From a virus (taxonomy: Duplodnaviria > Caudoviricetes), in IMG/VR virus record IMGVR_UViG_3300037515_000413, positions 1-45,208 of that record: 45,208 nt of DNA, one strand, 5' to 3'. Position numbers and translations under genes: made by a program. Positions 1 to 7,781 of the stretch are shown here, piece after piece; the stretch's first letter is position 1, and each line of letters starts with the position of its first letter. The notes below the pieces were generated by a model. That model did not search any database. It saw only the letters and a program-made list of their open reading frames with translations, and was not told where the DNA came from.

Positions 1-175
1 GTCGCGCAGCCCAACGGCCACGGCCAGCGGCAGCAGGCGGAGCGCGCTACGCATGGGGCGGCACTCTCCGGCAGCCGTCGTGAACGTGTGGCCTGTCGGT
101 TGCGCACTGTTGGAACCGTTTCGCCCCTGCCCAGTCGTGCACGCTGTCCTGTATCCCGTCCGGGTCAACGCGCCG
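1..175. repeat. Terminal direct repeat, left copy (circular overlap)
   Basis: 1-175 equals 45034-45208 except T128 vs C45161; the gene chain reads through the junction. Confidence 0.97.
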
Positions 176-403
176 GACGCGGTCGCCCGCGGTGAATTCC
201 TTCCCACAGCCAACGCATGAACCTGTGGGGTTCTCGCGGCTGTGTGAGCACAGGGACACCCCTCTTGGACGTGCCGCGAAGATGGCGCAGTATTCGTCCG
301 CAAGACGCTTCCCCAACGGCTTCCCTGCAAGGTGGAACCGTTCACCCTTTGCGATACCGGCCAGCCTCTTTTGACAGTCAGGACAGCGGACGCGCTCACC
401 CAC
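47..403 (-). CDS. Hypothetical Cys-rich (zinc-finger-like) protein
   Basis: CPDC and CVGC motifs; GTG after GGAGG, overlapping the end of the upstream gene. Confidence 0.6.
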   Translation of the reverse strand: MGERVRCPDCQKRLAGIAKGERFHLAGKPLGKRLADEYCAIFAARPRGVSLCSHSRENPTGSCVGCGKEFTAGDRVRRVDPDGIQDSVHDWAGAKRFQQCATDRPHVHDGCRRVPPHA

Positions 404-629
404 ACTCCACCTCCACCCGCGCTGCGCGGTAGGCGTTAGTGGCCTCAACGAGTCCTACAGGCTTGCCGCGCCGCCACGCATAGACAGCTACCGCCAGCGC
501 GTCCGCCTTCGCCAGCGCGGCCTCCGCGGCGGCAAGGCGGGCCTGCAAGTACGCGATTACCTCTTCGCTGTCGCGCCGCTCTGAGAGGGCGCATGAGCCG
601 TCGCAGACTGGGATTTCACTGGCCATCAC
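396..629 (-). CDS. Hypothetical protein
   Basis: Fits the tightly overlapping leftward gene chain; start may be slightly internal. Confidence 0.6.
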   Translation of the reverse strand: MMASEIPVCDGSCALSERRDSEEVIAYLQARLAAAEAALAKADALAVAVYAWRRGKPVGLVEATNAYRAARVEVECG

Positions 630-1575
630 TCACCCTCCCTGCGGGCCTCCCGCCCTGCACGGCCTCTGCCAGCGCAGCAGCCATCTGCTCACAGGTGCGT
701 ATGTGCTCCCAGACCGCCTCCGGGTCGTCGTCCTGTGCGATGGCGTCGGTGACGGCCTTCGTGTCCCGAATCCAGCGAATCAGCGACCTGAGCCACTGGT
801 AGGCGTGCAACTGTCCGGGGCCGTCGTGGAACTCACCCTTGCACGCCGCCAGCAGGGGGCCGTGGCTGTTGACCGCCGCGACTATCAGCGCGGCGTTGGC
901 GGTCATTTCAGCTTCGGTTGGTGCAGCGCCGCCGTGGAGGCAAAAAATGTCGCAGTCGGCAATCAGTGCGCCGTCGCTGTCCAGCACGACCGGCATTGCC
1001 GTACCGTCGGCCACGAACTCGCTGTCATGGGCACTGGGTGTCCGCCACGGCCGCGGCGTCGCGCCGTCATCCACCGCACCGCCAGACGGCGGGCGCTTGT
1101 GCCGCTTCTCAGCGTCGAGCCGGCGGCGGCACTCAGCGCAGTCGTCAACAGATGGCTTGCCGTTGTCCGGGTCTAGTGGCCCGGTGTAGAAGCCGCGCTT
1201 CCGGCACAACGAGAAGGTGCGCCGGTAGTAGTGGGCCTTCCGGCCGGTGATGACACCCCAGCCCTCGTCCGGCTCACCCTGCCCCCCAGACGGCGCAGTC
1301 TTGAACCTGTGCTCTGGAACCGAGAACGGAGCGTCCTTGCCCTCATGCTCGACGTTCTCTTCGTAGAACTTTCCACAGACCACGCAGACGCCGCGCGGCG
1401 CGCCGTCCCACTCGTACTCAGCGCGCCGCTCTTCGAGCGTGCGGTCCTGCCCGCCAGACGGCGGCGGCTTGTGGCACACGCAGCCGCAGCGGTTGTTATT
1501 GCAGTCGCCGTGCTGGCCCCGGTAGCACGCCATCGTCATGGGTTCACTGCGCGGCGGCAGCGTGGCGGCGCTCAT
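616..1575 (-). CDS. Mosaic early protein with Cys-rich modules and an ANAALI module
   Basis: 319 aa; ATGA overlap with the upstream gene; three PSGG linkers. Confidence 0.75.
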   Translation of the reverse strand: MSAATLPPRSEPMTMACYRGQHGDCNNNRCGCVCHKPPPSGGQDRTLEERRAEYEWDGAPRGVCVVCGKFYEENVEHEGKDAPFSVPEHRFKTAPSGGQGEPDEGWGVITGRKAHYYRRTFSLCRKRGFYTGPLDPDNGKPSVDDCAECRRRLDAEKRHKRPPSGGAVDDGATPRPWRTPSAHDSEFVADGTAMPVVLDSDGALIADCDIFCLHGGAAPTEAEMTANAALIVAAVNSHGPLLAACKGEFHDGPGQLHAYQWLRSLIRWIRDTKAVTDAIAQDDDPEAVWEHIRTCEQMAAALAEAVQGGRPAGRVSDGQ

Positions 1576-1940
1576 TGCTGGCGCGCCTTGGCGACGGCCT
1601 GCCGTAGCTCCGCGGCCTCGGCATCCGAGCGCGTGTAGCTGCCGGACACGTCCATCGCATTGAGCTTTAGAAGCGCCGCTTGCGCCGCCGCCAGCAGGTC
1701 AGGCGCGGCGGCTATCAGGGCCGCGTTGGCCTGCACCTTGGCATAGGCGTCTTTATGGGCGGGGTTGTTGCCGTGAGGCCCGGAACCGCCATCCACCCGC
1801 GGGTCTGATTCGTCGCCGGTGTGGACGACGGCCACCAACCCGGCCGGACTCCAGACCTGGCCGCAACCGTCGCTGTGAACCTGCCAGCCGTCGCCTTGCG
1901 GCTCCACCTGAGCCTTGCGCGGCTTGCGCTTCGTCGCCAT
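1572..1940 (-). CDS. Phage hypothetical protein (ANAALIAAAPDLL family)
   Basis: ATG 1940 after GGGGG; common phage motif ANAxLIAAAPDLL. Confidence 0.8.
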   Translation of the reverse strand: MATKRKPRKAQVEPQGDGWQVHSDGCGQVWSPAGLVAVVHTGDESDPRVDGGSGPHGNNPAHKDAYAKVQANAALIAAAPDLLAAAQAALLKLNAMDVSGSYTRSDAEAAELRQAVAKARQQ

Positions 1941-1965
1941 GCTCGCCCCCTGCGCTGGTGCGCTG

Positions 1966-2056
1966 GGGCGGGCCAGTGTTACGGGAAGCGAAACCCGGTT
2001 GTGACTGTCACCGGGGGCTTGTCCCAACCATCCACTTGGATGGTGCCGGCCCGCCC
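1966..2056 (-). ncRNA. Structured three-way-junction leader RNA
   Basis: 11-bp outer stem (1966-1976 with 2046-2056) enclosing two hairpins, between the promoter and the first early gene. Confidence 0.5.
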
Positions 2057-2069
2057 GTACGAAAGGGAT

Positions 2070-2078
2070 ATTATACCA
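2070..2078 (-). promoter_or_regulatory. Leftward early promoter, extended -10
   Basis: TGGTATAAT on the minus strand in the AT-rich divergent intergenic region. Confidence 0.65.
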
Positions 2079-2143
2079 TGTATATGCAGGATGCAAGCGC
2101 AGACTACCCAGACTTGTGGCGCAATCGTACAACAGGCTGTAAT

Positions 2144-2335
2144 ATGAACGGCATGACTCTGGCACAGGAATACCGTGAGCAACAGGCCAAAGAGGCTGAT
2201 GAGCGTCACCAGGACGTGATCGAGCTCTACCGCCGCGGCCTGAAGCAGACTGAGATTGCCCGCGATCTGGGCATCACTCAGGGACGGGTCAGCCACATCA
2301 TCGTCCGCGCACGCAAGCGCGGCCTGTTGAAGTAA
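2144..2335 (+). CDS. Small HTH DNA-binding protein (repressor/Cro-like)
   Basis: GLKQTEIARDLGITQGRVSHII HTH; divergent from the early operon; start 2144 or 2153. Confidence 0.8.
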   Translation: MNGMTLAQEYREQQAKEADERHQDVIELYRRGLKQTEIARDLGITQGRVSHIIVRARKRGLLK

Positions 2336-2418
2336 GCCTCCCGGCACACGTTGAACACACTCCACCGCCTAGAGGGGGTCCGTGGGGCGTGACATAAACG
2401 GGGCCGGGAGGACTCCGG

Positions 2419-3399
2419 GTGCCAGCCAGCCCCCTCTTGTACGAGTTCCGCCGCGAACTCCCGTTCTATCTACGCTGCACGCCATGGACGGCTGAGAAGT
2501 CCTACTATGCCGTCCGGGCGTTCCTGCGCCGTCAGGCCGCGCCCTTCCCTGAGTGCTTCACCCGCAACAACGTTGTGGAGCACCTTTCCTTTCTCGCGAC
2601 AACGCCTCCGCAGGGCCGCGACCGTGAGCGCCGCGCCGCGAGCACGGTCAACGAGACGTTGAAGGCTTTGAAACGCTTTGGCCGCTGGGCCGTGGCGCGG
2701 GAGAAGATCGCGGTCAACCCCACTGAGGACTTGAAGGGTCTGCGGGCCGTTGAGCCTGTCATCCTGGCCCCGGAGCCGCCGGTAGTCGCGTCCATGCTCT
2801 CGACCGCACGTGAGTGGGGTGAGACGCCTGAGATACGCCTGCGGAACCATGCAGCCGTCTGTTTCCTTGTGGACACGGGGGTCCGTGCGGCGGAGCTCCT
2901 GGCGATGGACATGGCGGACCTGAAAGAAGGCATGGCCGTCATCCACGGGAAGGCGGGCCGCGACCGGCTTGTTTCAATCAACCCGGCGGTGCTGACGGCG
3001 CTCAAGGGCTACCTGGACGCGAGACGCCCGCGGCGCGGGGAACGGGCTGTGTGGCTCGCTCAGAGCGGTTACAGGTGGACGTACCCGGCATTGAGGAACG
3101 TGGTGCAGAACATCAGCCGCGATCTGGGGGTAAGGGTGAACCTGCACGACCTGCGGCGGTTTGCGCACACTCAACTTTGGATGAGCGACATCAGCCAGAT
3201 AGACGGGATGCTGATATCCGGCCACCGCGACGTGAGGGTCTACGAACGCTACATCCGCGCAGCGATGCAGTTGCGCGCGCTGCGCGAGCACCGGCTGCGC
3301 AGCCCGCTGGACGCGCTGCTGGAAGAGGAACCGTCACTTGAGGCGCAGCGTGAGGGCACGGCGAACTACGAGACACGCAAGGCAGCGGAAGGGCGCTGA
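2419..3399 (+). CDS. int: Tyrosine recombinase/integrase
   Basis: Catalytic motifs DTGVRAAEL, HGK, HDLRR, SGH and Y (ERY); N-terminal core-binding region; RBS GGGAGG. Confidence 0.93.
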   Translation: MPASPLLYEFRRELPFYLRCTPWTAEKSYYAVRAFLRRQAAPFPECFTRNNVVEHLSFLATTPPQGRDRERRAASTVNETLKALKRFGRWAVAREKIAVNPTEDLKGLRAVEPVILAPEPPVVASMLSTAREWGETPEIRLRNHAAVCFLVDTGVRAAELLAMDMADLKEGMAVIHGKAGRDRLVSINPAVLTALKGYLDARRPRRGERAVWLAQSGYRWTYPALRNVVQNISRDLGVRVNLHDLRRFAHTQLWMSDISQIDGMLISGHRDVRVYERYIRAAMQLRALREHRLRSPLDALLEEEPSLEAQREGTANYETRKAAEGR

Positions 3400-3416
3400 C
3401 GCTGGACGCGCTGCTG
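3305..3416. repeat. 17-bp direct repeat CGCTGGACGCGCTGCTG
   Basis: Exact copies at 3305-3321 and 3400-3416. Confidence 0.85.
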
Positions 3417-3482
3417 ACATCATAGCCTGTGTTATTTATTACACGGTGGTATACAATCCCCCTTTAAGCAACGGGGGAGTCC

Positions 3483-3779
3483 ATGCGCCGCCGCAGTCCC
3501 AAGCAAGCCAGGCTGTACGTCGAGAGACGCGCGTTCGTGAACGCGTTCCTGCGCGGCAAGGCTTGTGAAGCCATCGGAGTCGCGCCGGGGCAGTGCTTCG
3601 GGGAACTCACCGTAAACGAAGTGCTCAGGCGTTCAGCCGGTGGAGCGATAGTCCCTGGTCCGAAGGCCGACGCTCAACAGCAGGTTTTCCAGGCCCTGTG
3701 TGTCGGGCATCACTCGTACGTAACCGATCACCCGAAGTGGGCGCGAGAGAACGGTTTTCAAAAGGGAAGGTGGAAGTGA
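3483..3779 (+). CDS. Degenerate HNH/zinc-binding small protein
   Basis: CE...C...NE..RRSAGG...LCVGHH pattern; RBS GGGGGAG; TACAAT upstream. Confidence 0.6.
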   Translation: MRRRSPKQARLYVERRAFVNAFLRGKACEAIGVAPGQCFGELTVNEVLRRSAGGAIVPGPKADAQQQVFQALCVGHHSYVTDHPKWARENGFQKGRWK

Positions 3780-4972
3780 GAGCGCCGAAGTGCAGGCTAT
3801 GTGGGAAGCGTGAGATGAACCACGTCTGCGGCAATTTGCCTGCCAGCAAGGTGGCATCCCGTGAAGCGCACCCGGTAGCCGACATCTTCCCGCTGCTCAA
3901 CGGTGACGACTTCGATGGGTTGAGAGAGAGCATCCGGGCCAACGGGCTGCGGGAGCCGGTAGTCCTGCACCCTGACGGGCGGATTCTCGATGGGCGGAAC
4001 CGTTACCGGGCATGCGTTGACCTTGGCATCGCTCCCAAGACAGTGACGTACACCGGGATGGGCGATCAGGAAGCTCTCATTCAGTACGTAGCGGACACGA
4101 ACCTGCACAGACGGCACCTGAGCGCATCGGCCAAGGCCATCATCGCGGCGAGAGCCACGGCGCTGATTGAATCCGAGCGTGAAGCGGCCAAAGCACGGAT
4201 GCTCGCGGGTACCCCTACCCAAAAAATTGGGGAGGGTCGGCATGACCGGGAAGCTCTGGACCGCGTCGCTGCCACGTTCAAGACGAACCGTGAGTACGTC
4301 CGGCGCGCCATCAAGCTTCTGGACGAGGCGCCCGACCTTGCCGAGAGAGTCCAGACCGGCGAAATGAACATGTCGGCGCTGTGGGCAGCGGACCGCGAGC
4401 GCAAGGAACGGAGGCGTGAGGCTGAGCGTCAATCCGACCGGCCAGCCGAGCCCTTGCCGGTTCCCGAAGGCGTCTTTTCCACCATCGTCATAGATCCCCC
4501 GTGGGACTGGGGCGACGAGGGTGACGTGAATCAGTTGGGCAGGGCAAAGCCCGATTACGCGGCCATGCCCCTCGATGACATAGCCGACGAATCCAAGGTT
4601 CCGGTCCGCGCCAAGTCTGCCGGGAACGCGCACATCTACCTGTGGATCACCAACCGCTCACTTCCCAAGGGCTTCCGGTTGTTGGAAGCGTGGGGATTCC
4701 GGTACGTCACGTGCCTGACGTGGTGCAAACCATCGTTCGGGATGGGCAACTACTTCCGCGGCTCGACTGAGCAAATCCTCTTCGGTGTGAAGGGTTCACT
4801 CCCACTCAACAGGCACGACGTTGGGACGTGGTTTGAAGCCCCTCGAGGCGAGCGCCACAGTGAGAAACCCGACGCCTTCTATGAGTTGATTGAGACGTGC
4901 AGCCCCGGCCCTTACCTGGACATGTTCGGGCGGAAGGGACGCGATGGATGGGCGGTGTGGGGCAATGATTGA
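3776..4972 (+). CDS. ParB-like N-terminal domain fused to an MT-A70 adenine methyltransferase
   Basis: GLREPV..ILDGRNRYRAC (ParB); IVIDPPW, YLWITN, HSEKP, DMFGR, GWAVWGN (MT-A70); GTGA overlap start. Confidence 0.9.
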   Translation: MRAPKCRLCGKREMNHVCGNLPASKVASREAHPVADIFPLLNGDDFDGLRESIRANGLREPVVLHPDGRILDGRNRYRACVDLGIAPKTVTYTGMGDQEALIQYVADTNLHRRHLSASAKAIIAARATALIESEREAAKARMLAGTPTQKIGEGRHDREALDRVAATFKTNREYVRRAIKLLDEAPDLAERVQTGEMNMSALWAADRERKERRREAERQSDRPAEPLPVPEGVFSTIVIDPPWDWGDEGDVNQLGRAKPDYAAMPLDDIADESKVPVRAKSAGNAHIYLWITNRSLPKGFRLLEAWGFRYVTCLTWCKPSFGMGNYFRGSTEQILFGVKGSLPLNRHDVGTWFEAPRGERHSEKPDAFYELIETCSPGPYLDMFGRKGRDGWAVWGND

Positions 4973-5498
4973 GCCGCGGGACTTCGGGTTTCAGGACATG
5001 CTTGCCTTCTCTCAAGGCGACGGCGGAGACATTGAGCAAATCCTGATTGACAACATCCCGTCTGCCTTCAAGGTTTCGCCTGCCGCGCTCGGCGACGATA
5101 AGAACGGCGTGGACTATCTCGTGTGGCGCACTGGCGGGCCGCGGCCACTCGGAATAGATGTCAAGCGCCGCGGTGACGACCCCATTGAAAAGGGATGGGG
5201 TGATGACGTTGCACTGGAGACGTGGAGCGACGTTCAGCGCGGAATACTTGGCTGGACTCTGAACCCGTGCAAGCTCACCGATTACATCATGTGGTACTGG
5301 GAGCCAACGTGCCGTTGGATGCTGATTCCCTTCCCGATGCTGCTACGGGTGTTCACCGAAAACCGCAGCACATGGACTTCCACCTACAAAGTCTCTCAAC
5401 AGTCATCCAACGGTGGTGCGTGGATCAGCGAGTGCGTGTTCGTGCCGCGAAAAGAGGTGTGGTCCGCGGTCTACCGCCGTTACGGAGGTTCCAAGTGA
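4965..5498 (+). CDS. PD-(D/E)XK endonuclease-like protein
   Basis: GVDYL...IDVKRR...LETW..GW motif; overlaps the MT-A70 gene end. Confidence 0.7.
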   Translation: MIEPRDFGFQDMLAFSQGDGGDIEQILIDNIPSAFKVSPAALGDDKNGVDYLVWRTGGPRPLGIDVKRRGDDPIEKGWGDDVALETWSDVQRGILGWTLNPCKLTDYIMWYWEPTCRWMLIPFPMLLRVFTENRSTWTSTYKVSQQSSNGGAWISECVFVPRKEVWSAVYRRYGGSK

Positions 5499-5686
5499 AA
5501 CGCGACCTGCTAATCGAATCGGTACTTGAAGCCAAACGGTTTATCAAGGCAGCCGAGAAGGCCGTCCACAGGCTGGACACCGGCCCCCAAATACCCGAAG
5601 GCAAGGGCACAAGGGAAACCGCGGCAGCAAGACGCGCGTCGCTCGATTTGTCGCACGTACTCGCACAGCTACGAAGGCCGGGTTGA
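5495..5686 (+). CDS. Hypothetical protein
   Basis: 4-nt start/stop overlaps on both sides. Confidence 0.65.
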   Translation: MKRDLLIESVLEAKRFIKAAEKAVHRLDTGPQIPEGKGTRETAAARRASLDLSHVLAQLRRPG

Positions 5687-5958
5687 TGACCACTCTGTAC
5701 AACGTCAACCCCACAGCGTCCGCGGAGCCGGAAGGTGACTCTGTACAACGCACCTACCGGCCTTCGCTGACAGAGGCCGAACGCAGGGCTGTCCTGCAGG
5801 CTCTGGCGGACCGCGTGAAGTTCTACGAACGCATGTTGAAGCTCGGAAGGTTGAAGCCGGGAACGAAGGCCCATGACACCTACCTTGTCAGCAGGAGGCT
5901 GATGGAATCGTGGACGAACATGCAGCGCGGCCAGTGGTCGAAGCGCAAGGTCTGGTAA
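5683..5958 (+). CDS. Hypothetical protein
   Basis: Coupled ORF; its stop abuts the next ATG. Confidence 0.7.
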   Translation: MMTTLYNVNPTASAEPEGDSVQRTYRPSLTEAERRAVLQALADRVKFYERMLKLGRLKPGTKAHDTYLVSRRLMESWTNMQRGQWSKRKVW

Positions 5959-6834
5959 ATGAAGCCGTACTTCCAGGATGACGCGGTGACCATCTATCAC
6001 GGGGACTGCCGGGAGGTGCTGCCGCAGTTGTCAGGGGTGGACTTGGTGCTGACTGACCCGCCGTATGGGGTCAGGAGGGATCAGCCGTGGGACGATTTGG
6101 AGCCGTCCGAATTGGCAGGGTTCACGATGGGGTGGCTGTCCCTAGTGCGACCGATCTCAGCGCGGCTCATATCCTTTTTCAGCGGTGCCCATATTCAACT
6201 GCTACAGACACTTTGCTGTCTTCTCTATCCGGCCCAACGCCTCATGATCTGGCACAAGCCGGACGGCAGTCAGTACGCAGGTAGTAGTCACGACGGGCTG
6301 TGGTATTCGTACGAAGCCATTCTCTACTGCCATGAGGGATTCGATAGACCGAAGGCACTTTATGTTGCGGCGATGTTGCGAGAGGCGCGGGAGAGCAAAG
6401 GTTTATCTCGCGGGGCTATTGACATGCTCGTACGGGGGAAGAAGACGGGGCTTTGCTTCCGTTGGGAAGAAGCGGCGTGTATCCCAACACCTGAACAGGC
6501 GGAAATCCTGTCCAGCGCATTGAAACTGAATGGCGAATTCCACGCGGTGCTTAACGCTGCACGTACGCAGGCTGAGTCAGCGTCAGGGACAGATGTCTTG
6601 TCATTTCGTACCGTCACAGGTTCCGTGCATCCAACAGAAAAGCCGCCCGGCCTAATCAAAACCCTGTTGCAACGCATGACTGGAGAAGCCGGTCTCATCC
6701 TCGACCCGTTCATGGGCAGCGGCACAACACTCCGGGCAGCGAAGGACTTGGGCCGCCGCGCCATCGGCATCGAGATCGAGGAACGCTATTGCGAAGTCGC
6801 CGCCAAAAGGATGGCGCAAGGAGTATTGCTATGA
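5959..6834 (+). CDS. Beta-class N6A/N4C DNA methyltransferase with an internal XRE-HTH insertion
   Basis: GDC, TDPPY, HPTEKP, LDPFMGSGTT, GIEIE; insert LREARESKGLSRGAID..RWE...PTPEQ. Confidence 0.92.
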   Translation: MKPYFQDDAVTIYHGDCREVLPQLSGVDLVLTDPPYGVRRDQPWDDLEPSELAGFTMGWLSLVRPISARLISFFSGAHIQLLQTLCCLLYPAQRLMIWHKPDGSQYAGSSHDGLWYSYEAILYCHEGFDRPKALYVAAMLREARESKGLSRGAIDMLVRGKKTGLCFRWEEAACIPTPEQAEILSSALKLNGEFHAVLNAARTQAESASGTDVLSFRTVTGSVHPTEKPPGLIKTLLQRMTGEAGLILDPFMGSGTTLRAAKDLGRRAIGIEIEERYCEVAAKRMAQGVLL

Positions 6835-7076
6835 CCGTCCGTAACGAACAGGGACTTCACTTCTGCACGACCGGGTGCCCTCCTGACTGTGGTCAGGATT
6901 GGTCAGTGGATGTTCGCCTGAGCGCTCTTGGAATGGAGACGCCATGCCAGGGGTGTGGCAACCAATGGTGGCGCGGGGAAGTGATGTACGCGGTAGTGCG
7001 GGTTGACGGTGAGCCGCTCGGCTGGCACTGCGCTGAGTGTGTCAAAGTGCCCAAGCTCTCGGCCCGCCGGGAGTGA
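6831..7076 (+). CDS. Cys-rich hypothetical protein
   Basis: CxxC pairs; ATGA overlap. Confidence 0.6.
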   Translation: MTVRNEQGLHFCTTGCPPDCGQDWSVDVRLSALGMETPCQGCGNQWWRGEVMYAVVRVDGEPLGWHCAECVKVPKLSARRE

Positions 7077-7315
7077 CCTGCCCGCGCTGCGGCGGCAGCT
7101 ACATCACGACACATGATGTCTACGGGGAGTTCACGCGCTGCTTTGCCTGCGGCGGGACTCCAACCGTGGAGCCGCCGGTGGAAGTCTGCAAGGGCGAGCT
7201 TGCCGCCGAGACGTGGTACAACCCTGACGCGCAAGTCACGATGGGGATATGCTCACAGTGCGGCGCGGCGGGAAAGGTTCAGAGGGGCAGGATGGTTGAA
7301 CACGCTCACAGATAA
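7073..7315 (+). CDS. Zinc-ribbon hypothetical protein
   Basis: CPRC, CFAC and CSQC; GTGA overlap. Confidence 0.6.
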   Translation: MTCPRCGGSYITTHDVYGEFTRCFACGGTPTVEPPVEVCKGELAAETWYNPDAQVTMGICSQCGAAGKVQRGRMVEHAHR

Positions 7316-7781
7316 GCAGCAGGCGTTCGTCAATGAGTACATCATTGATTTGAACGCGACCCAGGCCGCGATACGCGCCGGGTACTCCCCCGACACTGCC
7401 CGCCAGATGGGTGCGGAAAACCTTTCAAAACCGTACATCGCCATCGAAATCGGTAAAGTTCTCGCCCAGCGCGCCGAACGCACGCACATTACCCAGGACT
7501 ACGTGCTATCGAGACTTGTCGAGGTTGTTGAACGCTGCCTCGACGCCATCCCAGTGTTAGACCGGAAGGGCAACCATACTGGCGAATGGGTGTTCAACGC
7601 CGCGGGAGCGAACCAGGCATTGGCATTGCTCGCCAAGCACACCGGCGGCTTCCGGGAGCGTGTTGACCTCACGGTCACAGACCTCCGCGAGCGCGTCAGG
7701 AGCAGGGCGCAGGAACTCGGCCTCGACCCTGAACTGGCGGTGGCCGAAGTCGAGCGGATGATCCATGACAACGCTCGTTGA
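7296..7781 (+). CDS. terS: Terminase small subunit
   Basis: LTDKQQAFVNEYIIDLNATQAAIRAGYS..ENLSKP signature. Confidence 0.93.
   Translation: MNTLTDKQQAFVNEYIIDLNATQAAIRAGYSPDTARQMGAENLSKPYIAIEIGKVLAQRAERTHITQDYVLSRLVEVVERCLDAIPVLDRKGNHTGEWVFNAAGANQALALLAKHTGGFRERVDLTVTDLRERVRSRAQELGLDPELAVAEVERMIHDNAR

Noticed and set aside
3797-4633. Long antisense ORFs such as 3797-4633, 13571-14248 and 37869-38630
   Set aside because: Shadow frames of GC-rich genes, with no motifs or coupling signals
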